58,126 bases of DNA from SAR86 cluster bacterium AG-339-G14 (GTDB lineage Bacteria > Pseudomonadota > Gammaproteobacteria > Magnimaribacterales > AG-339-G14), in contig QCAB01000003.1 in NCBI GenBank assembly GCA_003282105.1, positions 1 through 58,126 of the forward strand, read 5' to 3'. Made by a program: the position numbers and the translations under genes. Position 1 is the stretch's first letter, and every line of letters starts with the position of its first letter. Under the pieces are notes generated by a model. The model was not told the DNA's origin and did no database searches. It saw only the letters and a list, made by a program, of their open reading frames with translations. This document shows, one piece after another, positions 35,335 through 45,516 of the stretch.

Positions 35335-37650
35335 CTACAGTTTATATCTCAATTTAATGATAAATTTATCTAAATTCTGATTTGACCAGGCTCCAGAGTA
35401 TATTTTTTCAAATTGACTAGCTTGTGTATTCGAATATTTCCCACCTCTGGTGTAGACGATGTATAGATCTGATAAGGGAGCAAATTGATATTTATATCTA
35501 ACCTGAAATGCTGTCTCAGATAACTCAAGTGAATTTAACTCATCTTCTGAGGATCCTAAATAGCCGAAATTATTTACTCTGTATGGCCTAGGTCTTTTCC
35601 CTTTGATACCGTAGATCTTACCTTTTACTCTTATCTCTTGGCGATCACCAATAAACCAATCCATATTTAAACCTGAACTGATCATTTCCTTATCATAATA
35701 TGCGAAGAGATTTTCTTTCTTCCAAATACTCCAGTTTGATTGACGCTGATATTCTATTGGACTTAAAAATATTTTTAAATTTTCAGAGATTTTCATCAAA
35801 ATTCCGTATCCAATTGTATGCCCCTCAGATCTAAGGTCGCTATTGTTATCAGAAGTTTCATAACCACTTGTCTCATATCCTAATTTAAATCTATGTTGAA
35901 ACATATTTGTTCTTGGGGTGGAGTATTCAATTATGAGTTCATGATTCCCTAAAGATTCTAAGTAAGGCGAATCTACATAATTTCTAGTCTCGACGTAATC
36001 CTTACCTCTAGATAAAGTACAATTACATTCTATTTCAAGTCTTGAGCTATTTTTAAAACTTAATTCGTATTCCAGAGTCGCTCCTATACCTCCTCCGAAT
36101 CCTTGATAAGACCTGTCATATCCCATTCTTAAAGCATAATTCTGTTGAGAAATAACAGAAGCCTCATTTTTATTAGGATTACTATATTGGAGATAAGTCC
36201 CAATAAAACTATTCCCATATTGTTCTACATAACCCATATCATTTATATTGAAATTTTCATCGAGGTAATTAAAAACAAGTAATCCAAACAGTTTGTCTGA
36301 AAAACGATTTGTCACCAAAGACCTAAACCCATAACCTGTTTTTTTATCGCCCAGTTCTTCTGTGTTAACTTGACTTATCCAACCGTAAACACGAGAGGAG
36401 CTAGAAGGTTTAAGATCGTAATCTAAAGTGTGAGTTTCGGCTGTTCTATCGATAGAAGGTCTATCGACAGAAGTAAATAAATAACCAATTTTTGTATTTA
36501 AAAAATCTCTAGTTGATCTATATCTAAATGCTAAAAAATCTCTACCTTCAGAAAATATAGAGTCGTCTTCGAAAGCACTAAAAACTCCAAATTCATTTGT
36601 CTCGTCTCTTTGGGTATAACGAAGCGCAAAGTTGATATCAGTAGTATCAATTAAACTATCTTTACACTCTCCCAAATGACTCCTGTCAGAATCGGAACAT
36701 TTATCTGGTATAGCGCCAATTCTTCTAGTATTGATGAATCTAAGATTCCATCCAGTAACGTCAAAAAACTTCTGGTTTTCAGTAAAAAAGGGTCTTTTAT
36801 CTGGATAATAAGTCTCAATCGCTGAAAAGTTTACAATTACATCATCACTCTCGACTTGACCAAAATCTGGATTAAGAGTGAAGTCTAATTTTGAATTTTG
36901 ATTAATATCCCAAAATATCTCTCCTCCGATATTTAATTGCCTATTGTCTTGAATGAAATTATTAGTAAAACTTGCATAAGGGAAAAAATCTATTCGTGTT
37001 TTTTGCATATTTAGATTTTTAACTTGTAACTTCTTAAATTTTGATAAGAACGGTGATTTATAAAAGCTTAAGCCTGGTGAGTTATAAACTTCATTTTCAC
37101 TAAAAGCCCATCTAGCCAAGGACACACTAATGTCGCGATAAGGACCTTCTACATTAATAATAGGAGCAACATCCCAAGGAATTAAAAATTCAGATATCCA
37201 ATATTCATCGTAACTTTTAGTTTTTGCATACCAAATAGCATCCCACTGATCAGAAAAATCATTTTCATCTACAAAAATTGCATCTCTTATTGAATCACCA
37301 AGCGTTACCGTAAATTCGTAACCGATGTTAGCATTGTTGTTGAAATCTATAATTACATAATTTCTATCGGCATTTGCATAAAAAGAATCTCTAGGATGTT
37401 TCTGGAAAGTCTGTTTTTCCTTAGGCTGATAATTTATAAAAGCAAAATATATACCTTTTTCATCTGCAAAATATTTAACCTCTGTTTTATATTTTGGAGG
37501 TGCTAATGTATCAGGGAAAATGGTGAGGAAGTCGGTTAAAGATTTAGCTTTTTGCCATTCAGGTTCAGTCAATTCACCATCTATAGTTATACTATGAAGA
37601 TCTACAATAAAAAAAATTGTTATTAAAAAACAGGTTAACTTTTTAGGCAT
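35335..37650 (-). CDS. Outer-membrane-type protein, CBM9-like N-terminus plus DUF5916-like barrel
   Basis: Signal peptide, then IDGELTEPEWQKA (CBM9-like), then a long beta-rich region with alternating aromatics ending IIKLRYKL. Confidence 0.5.
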   Translation of the reverse strand: MPKKLTCFLITIFFIVDLHSITIDGELTEPEWQKAKSLTDFLTIFPDTLAPPKYKTEVKYFADEKGIYFAFINYQPKEKQTFQKHPRDSFYANADRNYVIIDFNNNANIGYEFTVTLGDSIRDAIFVDENDFSDQWDAIWYAKTKSYDEYWISEFLIPWDVAPIINVEGPYRDISVSLARWAFSENEVYNSPGLSFYKSPFLSKFKKLQVKNLNMQKTRIDFFPYASFTNNFIQDNRQLNIGGEIFWDINQNSKLDFTLNPDFGQVESDDVIVNFSAIETYYPDKRPFFTENQKFFDVTGWNLRFINTRRIGAIPDKCSDSDRSHLGECKDSLIDTTDINFALRYTQRDETNEFGVFSAFEDDSIFSEGRDFLAFRYRSTRDFLNTKIGYLFTSVDRPSIDRTAETHTLDYDLKPSSSSRVYGWISQVNTEELGDKKTGYGFRSLVTNRFSDKLFGLLVFNYLDENFNINDMGYVEQYGNSFIGTYLQYSNPNKNEASVISQQNYALRMGYDRSYQGFGGGIGATLEYELSFKNSSRLEIECNCTLSRGKDYVETRNYVDSPYLESLGNHELIIEYSTPRTNMFQHRFKLGYETSGYETSDNNSDLRSEGHTIGYGILMKISENLKIFLSPIEYQRQSNWSIWKKENLFAYYDKEMISSGLNMDWFIGDRQEIRVKGKIYGIKGKRPRPYRVNNFGYLGSSEDELNSLELSETAFQVRYKYQFAPLSDLYIVYTRGGKYSNTQASQFEKIYSGAWSNQNLDKFIIKLRYKL

Positions 37651-37739
37651 TTATAGTTATATAGAAAGTGCTTAGATGTATTTGATAGTTAATATATTTG
37701 AATAAAATGTTTTTGCAATAATTAAGTTATTATTTAAAA

Positions 37740-39779
37740 ATGTCAGCACCAAAACCAAAGAAAATCCCTAAAATTCTTGAAGCTCATAAGGATCGAAGAA
37801 CCGATAATTATTATTGGTTGAGAGACGATACTAGAAAAAATAAAGAAATATTGAGTTATCTTGAAGATGAAAATAAATACTGTGAAGAATGGTTTTCAAG
37901 TGGGATTGATTTTAGGAAAGAAATTTATAATGAATTAATAGATTCAATACCCAATGAAGAAATTTCCCTAAAAATAAAAAAAAATGATTTTTATTATTTT
38001 TCAAAAATAAAGTCAGACGAACAATATCCTGTTTATTTTCGTGAAAAAGAAACTATTGTTGAAGAAATATTGAATGTTAATGAATTAGGAAGAAATTTAG
38101 ATTTCTATCAAATTTCCGGAGTTTCGCCCTCTCCAAACAACAACATAATTGCATATGGCGAAGATAAAAACGGAAGGCGAGAATATACGATTAAATTTAA
38201 AGACCTAAAGTCTGATAGTTACTTAATCGATGAATTACACAATACTTCTGGCAATATATCCTGGGGCAGTAACGAGTACATTTATTACACTCTAAAAGAT
38301 CCTAAAACTCTTATTTCCAATAAAGTTTTTCGTCACAAACTTGGCGAGTCCCAAGAGGACGATTTACTTATTTATGAGGAATTAGATGATCAATACAATT
38401 TATCGATTTCTAAATCTCGTACCGACCGTTATATTTATATCAATTCAAGCAAGACCGAGTCTAATGAAATAAGGTTAATTGATCTTAAAAATATTCTGGA
38501 GGAACCTGAATGTATTCTAGAAAGATCTGACAAGCATTTGTATTATGTAGAAGACACACCTGAATCTTTCTATGCTTTATCCAATAAAGACGGTCGCATC
38601 AATTTTTGTCTTTTAAGTTTCAAAAAAGAAGATTTTGGTAATTATTCTGTTTGGAAAGAAGTACTTGAGCATAATGATCAAATATTAATGCAAGATTTTG
38701 TTTGTTTTCCAGGTTTGATCTTTTTAGATATTAGAGAAGATGGATTGCCTAAAATTCTTAAACTTAATACTGAGGATTTATCTCAAGATCTAATGGATTT
38801 TCCGGATGAAGCATACAGTTGTTATATCTCAGCAAACCCAAAATATGATTCTGAAGAATTTTTGTACGGTTATACAAGCCTAAGAAAACCAAGTTCGGTA
38901 TTTTCTCTGAATCTAATAACCTCTAAAAAAAAAGAAGTTTGGCGATCAGAAGTTTTAAATTTTGATGAAAATCTCTTTGAAATAAAAAGAAAAAAGATTA
39001 TTTCTAGAGATGGAACAAAAGTTCCTAATTCACTAGTTTATAAAAAAGGTATAGATTTAAAAAAAGCTCCTATCCTAATGTACGGTTATGGCTCATATGG
39101 AAGCATTATTGACGCAAGTTTTAGAAAAACTATGCTACCTCTGCTAAACAGAGGATTTATTTTTTGTATTTCACATATTAGAGGAGGGTCAGAAATGGGC
39201 CGTCAGTGGTATGAGGATGGGAAAATGTTCAAGAAAAAAAATACTTTTTATGATTTTATTGATTCCACAAAAGAATTAATTCAAAAAGGCATTGGGGATC
39301 CAAAAAATATTTTTGCTTTAGGCGGCAGTGCTGGAGGATTACTCATGGGGGCTATAATTAATTATGAGCCAGAATTATATAAAGGAATAATCTCTGCTGT
39401 TCCCTTCGTTGACGTATTGACCACAATGTCTGATGAATCAATTCCATTGACTACTTTTGAATACAAAGAATGGGGAAATCCAAAAAATAAGGAAGAATAC
39501 GACTATATAAAATCTTACTCGCCATACGACAATATCAAGAAGCAAAATTACCCCACTGTTTTTGTAACAAGTAGTTTATTTGATTCTCAAGTCCAATATT
39601 ATGAGCCGGCTAAGTATGTCCTTAAGTTAAGAGAGAACAACACATCAGAAAACCCTATAATCATGAAGATGAATCTTATTGGAGGCCATGCTGGAAAGAG
39701 TGGAAGGCTAAATGCACTTGAAGAATCTGCTCAAGACAATGCTTTCTTCTTAAAATTGTATGAAAAAGATAACGAATAA
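37740..39779 (+). CDS. ptrB: Oligopeptidase B (S9A prolyl-oligopeptidase family)
   Basis: N-terminal DNYYWLRDD; catalytic GGSAGGLLMG; the C-terminus contains SLFDSQV and GGHAG. Confidence 0.85.
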   Translation: MSAPKPKKIPKILEAHKDRRTDNYYWLRDDTRKNKEILSYLEDENKYCEEWFSSGIDFRKEIYNELIDSIPNEEISLKIKKNDFYYFSKIKSDEQYPVYFREKETIVEEILNVNELGRNLDFYQISGVSPSPNNNIIAYGEDKNGRREYTIKFKDLKSDSYLIDELHNTSGNISWGSNEYIYYTLKDPKTLISNKVFRHKLGESQEDDLLIYEELDDQYNLSISKSRTDRYIYINSSKTESNEIRLIDLKNILEEPECILERSDKHLYYVEDTPESFYALSNKDGRINFCLLSFKKEDFGNYSVWKEVLEHNDQILMQDFVCFPGLIFLDIREDGLPKILKLNTEDLSQDLMDFPDEAYSCYISANPKYDSEEFLYGYTSLRKPSSVFSLNLITSKKKEVWRSEVLNFDENLFEIKRKKIISRDGTKVPNSLVYKKGIDLKKAPILMYGYGSYGSIIDASFRKTMLPLLNRGFIFCISHIRGGSEMGRQWYEDGKMFKKKNTFYDFIDSTKELIQKGIGDPKNIFALGGSAGGLLMGAIINYEPELYKGIISAVPFVDVLTTMSDESIPLTTFEYKEWGNPKNKEEYDYIKSYSPYDNIKKQNYPTVFVTSSLFDSQVQYYEPAKYVLKLRENNTSENPIIMKMNLIGGHAGKSGRLNALEESAQDNAFFLKLYEKDNE

Positions 39780-42498
39780 AATTGTTATCCTTTTTGCTAT
39801 TTTAAATTGTAATTTTTCTCTAGCAATAATTTTCAATGATTCCATGGGAGATGTTAAAACTACATTTAATTCTGACAATGAATTCCCATATGTAGGTCTT
39901 AATGTTATTTATTATGGCGAGAATGCCATATCATCATGTAGTGCTACATTAATAAATCCCAGAACCGTTATTTCTGCAGCTCACTGCATACCTGAGACAT
40001 CTACAAATGGGACTACATATAATTCTGTATTTATGCTCGGCAATGATTTAAGAGATGCTTCTCAATCTTTATATGGAAATCTCGCAACGATTAGACCGGA
40101 TAAAGCTGTTACTGCTGGAAGTAATATTATCAATGAAAAATATTTTGAAAATGGAGGTAGAGGCGGTTCAGCTTACGACTTAACTATTATGTCATTGGAT
40201 ACACCGATATATTTGGATTCTTTTCCATCTTTACCAAATTCGACTCCGAAAGTGGGAGATAAAGTTGCAATAGTTGGTTATGGAATAATTGGTTATGGAA
40301 GCAGTGGATACGATTATGACAACCCTGCTGATGAAAATTTGCCCGATTACAAAAGAAGATCAGCTGAGAATAAAATTTCAGGCGTTTTTATAGATACCGG
40401 TGAATCTATAAACTCTTTAAGTATAAAATTTGATAAAGAAGATTCCAGCGATTTTTTACCTAACGAGGGATTTGTCGGTAGAGGAGATAGCGGTGGTCCA
40501 ATATTTTTAATTGATGAATCCAATTCAACCATTGAATATGTATTGCTTGGAGCAGCTTGTTGCGGGAATACACCCGGCCCAAACCACGGAATATACGACA
40601 GTAATGCTTTTTATAGCTCCTATTACGATTTACTTGACTGGATCAATACAAATTTACCCTTACAAGTTGTAAGCTCTAGTGGAGATGGTTCCTACTCATT
40701 AAATCAATTGGGTTTTATTAAACTCCCTTTTTCAACGGGCGCCTCTAATTCTTCAAGTTCTTTGTGCAGCGGTTACGAGTGTTATTCAAGTTATCATAAG
40801 ACAAGTAAAAAATACTACAACGCAAATATTTCGGATACTGTAACTCTTGACTCCATATCAATTGCAGACAACGTGTTTCTTTCAAGTAATGGAAAATTAA
40901 TTCTAAATAATAATCTAACACTATCAGGAAATCTAAATTCTAATTCTAGTGAACTAGTAATAAATTTTGGGTCTTCCCCAACGACGGGTTTATCGACTAT
41001 TGGCGATGGAACTATTTCTAATTTAACCGGAGAAGTAATTTTAAACAATCAAAGCGTTCTTTCTGGAATAGGACAAATTAATACTAAAGAGCTTAAATTA
41101 AATAGTTCAAAAATAAATCCAGGCAATAGTATTGGAACTTTAAAAATTAATGGAAACACTACTTTTGACGTAAATTCAGAATTGATTATCGAACATACCC
41201 CATTAGGTTCTTCTGATTTGTTAATTGTAGACGGACAAATTTCTTTATCTGGAACTCTGACAATTAAGCCTCTTCAAGATGGCTCTAACTTTTTTAAAAA
41301 AGGACTTAAAGTTGATTTTTTGCAATCTTCAAACATTATCGGAACTTTTAATAATCTAATTTTTAATGACACTAATAGAATTGCTGGCTATCTTGCCGCC
41401 GAATTATCTACTGATAAAAAAAGTTTTACTTATTCAAATCCTAATTATTTAACTTTAGCCGATGGTCCTGCCAATATAGAAGTAGCCAAACAGTTAAATA
41501 ATATTTCCAGTATCGAAAGTAGTAATTTGTCTTTGAAAAATAACATCCAAAGTTTATTGGATGAAATTAATTTAAGCAAAAATCTTAATAATTTGAATAA
41601 TGGTCTTAGTTACTTTGCTCCAAATTTAAATCATTCAATAGGCGCTGAACTAACTAACTTTATTTTTTTAAAAAATAATTTAGAAAAAGTTAACACGGAT
41701 AGTTTCTCAAGCAATATTTCATATAAAAATATAAACCAATCAAATATGAATGAAGCAAATTCTAAAAGTATGTTTTTATCCTTTGGAATTAATCCCTTTT
41801 TACTAGGAATTAATATTGATCAAACGGACTCGAGCGGTCTAGTAGCATTTGAAAGTGATAATATTTCTTTTTTTGGAAAATATTTTTTTGAAAAATTCAA
41901 TGATTTTGCAATCAATTTGATTCACACAAATGCTGATATAGAGGAAATTAGATCAAGAAAATTTCAAAACATAACCACTTCTGGGTTTAATAATATCTAT
42001 TTAGTTAATAGTTATGATTTATCTTTAACATCATTCACATTCGATTATTCAAGAAAATCTAATTTTAGAGAAGATGAAGATAATGGATGGAGTTATAAAT
42101 CAGTTTTTAGCTTTTCAGTAAACAATCTGGATGCACCTGGCTTTTCGGAAAATAATCACCCTAATGGTTTAAACATATCTTATGAATCAATTGATAAAAT
42201 TTTCCTTGGAATAGGTTTTTCAGCTTATTCCTATAAAGAAAATATATTTAATTCTCCAAATTTATTTTTTACTTCTTCTTTAAATTTAAATCTTACAAAT
42301 TCCTTAGGTCACAGAAACTCTTATATTGATAAAAACTTAGGAAGTTTCCAAATAGATATAGAAGATTCTTTTCAGGACTTGTTTCAAGTTACAGCAGAAT
42401 TAATATATAAAGCCGATCGAGTAGATTATGGATTCGGAATCAACCTTTCAAACACTCTCAGCAATTTTTCTATCGGTGTAAAAGTAAACTTACAATGA
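39760..42498 (+). CDS. Trypsin-like (S1) serine protease fused to an autotransporter passenger and beta-barrel
   Basis: Signal peptide. Candidate catalytic residues in VISAAHC, YDLTIM and GRGDSGGPIF. The junction motif NPGNSIGTLKINGNTTF is followed by a ~280-aa beta-rich C-terminus. Confidence 0.7.
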   Translation: MKKITNKIVILFAILNCNFSLAIIFNDSMGDVKTTFNSDNEFPYVGLNVIYYGENAISSCSATLINPRTVISAAHCIPETSTNGTTYNSVFMLGNDLRDASQSLYGNLATIRPDKAVTAGSNIINEKYFENGGRGGSAYDLTIMSLDTPIYLDSFPSLPNSTPKVGDKVAIVGYGIIGYGSSGYDYDNPADENLPDYKRRSAENKISGVFIDTGESINSLSIKFDKEDSSDFLPNEGFVGRGDSGGPIFLIDESNSTIEYVLLGAACCGNTPGPNHGIYDSNAFYSSYYDLLDWINTNLPLQVVSSSGDGSYSLNQLGFIKLPFSTGASNSSSSLCSGYECYSSYHKTSKKYYNANISDTVTLDSISIADNVFLSSNGKLILNNNLTLSGNLNSNSSELVINFGSSPTTGLSTIGDGTISNLTGEVILNNQSVLSGIGQINTKELKLNSSKINPGNSIGTLKINGNTTFDVNSELIIEHTPLGSSDLLIVDGQISLSGTLTIKPLQDGSNFFKKGLKVDFLQSSNIIGTFNNLIFNDTNRIAGYLAAELSTDKKSFTYSNPNYLTLADGPANIEVAKQLNNISSIESSNLSLKNNIQSLLDEINLSKNLNNLNNGLSYFAPNLNHSIGAELTNFIFLKNNLEKVNTDSFSSNISYKNINQSNMNEANSKSMFLSFGINPFLLGINIDQTDSSGLVAFESDNISFFGKYFFEKFNDFAINLIHTNADIEEIRSRKFQNITTSGFNNIYLVNSYDLSLTSFTFDYSRKSNFREDEDNGWSYKSVFSFSVNNLDAPGFSENNHPNGLNISYESIDKIFLGIGFSAYSYKENIFNSPNLFFTSSLNLNLTNSLGHRNSYIDKNLGSFQIDIEDSFQDLFQVTAELIYKADRVDYGFGINLSNTLSNFSIGVKVNLQ

Positions 42499-42503
42499 GT
42501 CTT

Positions 42504-42719
42504 TTAAAAGGTTGCAGCAAACTCTGTATAACCACCAACTAAATCTCCATCAACTAAAATTTGAGGGAATGTTCTTGCGGTAGGAAATTTTTGCATGAAT
42601 TCATCTCTAGTGAAATCGATGTCTAGCATGTATTTTTTATACTCTAGATCTTTTTGTATGCAAAGATTTTCAGCTTTATCGCAAAAGGGACATTGAGGTT
42701 TTGACCAAATTTCTATCAT
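42504..42719 (-). CDS. Glutaredoxin-like protein
   Basis: 71 aa with a CPFC active site, TFPQI and GGYTEF. Confidence 0.8.
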   Translation of the reverse strand: MIEIWSKPQCPFCDKAENLCIQKDLEYKKYMLDIDFTRDEFMQKFPTARTFPQILVDGDLVGGYTEFAATF

Positions 42720-42750
42720 AATTTTTCACTTAGGTTATAAAATATACATT

Positions 42751-43440
42751 ATGCCATTTTCTTTTGTTTCTGAGGGTTTTAAATTTTACGCAAACACGTT
42801 CGTTTCTTTTACCTTAAAAACTTTTCCAGTATTTATTCTGATTGGACTTTGCACTGCAACTGGTGAGGTTTTGTTAAATAATGAAAATTTTTTCTCTTGG
42901 GGAGCAATTTTTTTCATTTTTACAAATATGTTCTTGAATCCATTTATTTTGGTTTTATCTATTCTTTTAGTAAATGACTTAAAATCAGAAAATCTTAAGG
43001 AAACCATTGGTTACTACTTAATTTCTTTTCAGCTTTTCTTTAAAGCATTTTTACTGACCCTAGTTTTAAGTTTGATCACTTTAGTTGGGCTCATTCTTTT
43101 CGTGATACCGGGAATTTATCTAGCTTCAAGATTAATCTTGGCGCCCTTCTACTTGATCATCGAAAACACCTCTATAACTAAGGCGCTTGATAGATCATGG
43201 AACGTTACAAAGAGTAACCAAATTAAGTTTATATATCTCGTGCTTTTTTACTGGTTTATACTTTTAGTGCCTTATTTTTTAGTATTAAGCATTATTTCGG
43301 CCTTTTTAATATCTGAAGGAGCCACTCAAATTCCTTATTTAATAAATATAAGTATGAACTCTCTTTTATCCTACTTTCAAATGGTGATACTTGCGTATCC
43401 TCTTTATTTTGTTTTTCGAGGGATCAAATCATTTGAATAA
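42751..43440 (+). CDS. Polytopic membrane protein, unknown function
   Basis: 229 aa with 5-6 hydrophobic helices. No catalytic motif recognised. Confidence 0.55.
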   Translation: MPFSFVSEGFKFYANTFVSFTLKTFPVFILIGLCTATGEVLLNNENFFSWGAIFFIFTNMFLNPFILVLSILLVNDLKSENLKETIGYYLISFQLFFKAFLLTLVLSLITLVGLILFVIPGIYLASRLILAPFYLIIENTSITKALDRSWNVTKSNQIKFIYLVLFYWFILLVPYFLVLSIISAFLISEGATQIPYLINISMNSLLSYFQMVILAYPLYFVFRGIKSFE

Positions 43441-43852
43441 ATCTAAACCACATCCAAACCACTACTGCCCAACTGGGAACAAAAAATAAAGCTCTTATGG
43501 GTAATGCACCTAAGAACCCATTAATAAAGATATGATAAAAACTATGCAAAACTCTAAAGCCTAGAAACCAGTAAGCCAACAGAACAAAATAATCATCAAC
43601 TTTTCCAGTTACATAAATCAAAACACAAATTATGTAAAAAAATATCGGGAATTCAAAAAGGTTGACCAAATTTCGGTCTCCCTGCTTAGTTATATTGCTT
43701 GCTGACGAGGGAAGAGATAATCCATACAACTCTGAGCCTCTATGCCCTTTATCAATTAAAACGTCTTTAAATCTAATGATGGTATTAAATAAAAAAACAG
43801 CTGAAGTTAAAATCAACATATAAAACATCGGCAAGAAAATTTCTGTACTCAT
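43424..43852 (-). CDS. MAPEG-like small membrane protein
   Basis: 142 aa with four helices and an RVLHSFYHIF motif similar to MAPEG proteins. Confidence 0.5.
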   Translation of the reverse strand: MSTEIFLPMFYMLILTSAVFLFNTIIRFKDVLIDKGHRGSELYGLSLPSSASNITKQGDRNLVNLFEFPIFFYIICVLIYVTGKVDDYFVLLAYWFLGFRVLHSFYHIFINGFLGALPIRALFFVPSWAVVVWMWFRFIQMI

Positions 43853-43904
43853 ATATCTCTCCTAAAAGATTACTAAAACAATTATTTCAATTTAGAGGTT
43901 TTTT

Positions 43905-43937
43905 GTAAATGAGAATCATTGTTTTCTTAATTCTCAT
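43905..43937 (+). promoter_or_regulatory. Fur-box-like operator / 8-bp inverted repeat upstream of the ferritin-like gene
   Basis: GTAAATGAGAATCATTGTT matches 14 of 19 positions of GATAATGATAATCATTATC. ATGAGAAT-N13-ATTCTCAT is a perfect inverted repeat. It lies 50-80 nt upstream of the ATG at 43987. Confidence 0.35.
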
Positions 43938-43986
43938 CAAAAGATTTTTGTGAAAAATGATTTAAAATTGCTTTAATAGGTTATTT

Positions 43987-44427
43987 ATGGAATTGAAAGA
44001 ATTAAATAAAGAAAAAGTCTGTGACGTATTAAATCAGATTATGGAATTTGAACTTGCTGGAGTAGTTAGATATACCCACTCTTCTTTAATGGTGGTAGGA
44101 CCTCATAGAATACCGATTGTTCAATTTCTTCAAGAACAAGCCTCCGAATCCCTAACGCATGCACAAACTGCTGGTGAGTTTTTGACTGGTTTGGATGGTC
44201 ATCCGAGCCAAAAAATTTCCAATATTTTAGAGACGAATGATCATAGTATCAAAGGAATTCTCGAAGAAAGTTTGGAACATGAAATGGCGGCCTTAGATTT
44301 GTATAAAGAGCTTTTAACAATTGTTGAAGGATCATCAATTTATCTCGAAGAATATACAAGGAACTTAATTGGTCAAGAGGAACAACATCAACTTGAGCTT
44401 CGGAAAATGCTAAAAGATTTCAGTTAA
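43987..44427 (+). CDS. Ferritin-like four-helix-bundle protein (bacterioferritin/Dps superfamily)
   Basis: Bfr-like layout (LNQIMEFELAG..., ...SESLTHAQ..., EEQHQLEL). The heme-ligand Met position and the first ExxH motif appear non-canonical. Confidence 0.6.
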   Translation: MELKELNKEKVCDVLNQIMEFELAGVVRYTHSSLMVVGPHRIPIVQFLQEQASESLTHAQTAGEFLTGLDGHPSQKISNILETNDHSIKGILEESLEHEMAALDLYKELLTIVEGSSIYLEEYTRNLIGQEEQHQLELRKMLKDFS

Positions 44428-44613
44428 GATTCTAATTAGTGTTTTATAACTTTAAGCTAGAATTAGATATGTCTGATCTTATTCTTTTTACCTTACAATA
44501 CCTTTAATAGACGTTTTGAAACAATTTAGTATGAACCAAAAAGAAGAATTACACAGTCTTTTTACGTCTTTTAGTTAATTTCTTTTAAAAGAAGCCAAAG
44601 ATTTAAATCCTTC

Positions 44614-45339
44614 TCAAATTAGCGCTTCCTTAAACACTTTTGAAATATCGTCATTTATTACTAAATCTGCTAGATTATCAAAATCAGTTTCCTCATTATT
44701 TATAATGACAAACTTAGCTCCATTTTCCTTAGCAATTAAAGGTAATGAGGCTGCTGGATAAACCACAAGCGAAGAACCAACGACAATAAAGAGATCGGCT
44801 TTAAAAGCTTCCTCTTGAGCCCTTTGCATCTCAATCAAAGGCATTGGCTGACCGAAAGAAATTGTAGCTGTTTTTATAAAACCCCCACATTTTTTACATA
44901 AAGGCGGTTCAGAATTTTTTTTAAAATTTTGATGAATTTCTTCTAATTGAGATTTATCTTTGCATTCAAGACATACAGCATAAGTTGCATTACCATGAAT
45001 TTCCGTTACATTTTCATCTGCCAACCCCCCATCTTGATGTAAATTATCAACGTTTTGTGTAATGCAATGGCCTTGACCTTTTGTTTGTATGATTTTACTG
45101 ATTGCGAAATGCCCTTCGTTTGGCTTAAAGGAACCAAAATTACTTTTAAAATTTATGCTTTGTTCCCAATACTTTATTCTAGAACTCTTTGAATCGATAA
45201 AATCCTGAAAATAAATTGGCGTATTATTTTTCCAAAACCCTTTGGGACCTCGAAAATCTGGTATACCTGAATTGGTACTGATACCTGCTCCAGTAAAGAA
45301 AACCGGATAAACCGAGTTACTGAGAAATTCTTTGAGCAT
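44614..45339 (-). CDS. cobB: NAD-dependent protein deacylase (Sir2 family)
   Basis: Motifs FTGAGISTNSGIPDFRGPKG and QNVDNLH, a Zn ribbon (CLEC...CKKC), and GSSLVVYPA. Confidence 0.9.
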   Translation of the reverse strand: MLKEFLSNSVYPVFFTGAGISTNSGIPDFRGPKGFWKNNTPIYFQDFIDSKSSRIKYWEQSINFKSNFGSFKPNEGHFAISKIIQTKGQGHCITQNVDNLHQDGGLADENVTEIHGNATYAVCLECKDKSQLEEIHQNFKKNSEPPLCKKCGGFIKTATISFGQPMPLIEMQRAQEEAFKADLFIVVGSSLVVYPAASLPLIAKENGAKFVIINNEETDFDNLADLVINDDISKVFKEALI

Positions 45340-45344
45340 TTCAA

Positions 45345-45515
45345 TTAAACATTAAATCCGTAAATAATAAATGTTGAGGAAATGGAACCAAATACAACTG
45401 CTAAAAGAACCTCTTGAATGTTACTTCTACTGCCTTTGTAATACTTAGAACTTAAATAAAATCTTAGAGCAAAATAGTAAACAACCGATAAAACAATCCA
45501 ATTAATAAAATACAT
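45345..45515 (-). CDS. Candidate 56-aa membrane micro-protein
   Basis: ATG ORF (MYFINWIVLSVVYYFALRF...) that starts 1 nt after the stop of the 64-aa ORF and ends 5 nt before the sirtuin start. It is below the track's cutoff. Confidence 0.3.
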   Translation of the reverse strand: MYFINWIVLSVVYYFALRFYLSSKYYKGSRSNIQEVLLAVVFGSISSTFIIYGFNV

Positions 45516-45516
45516 T

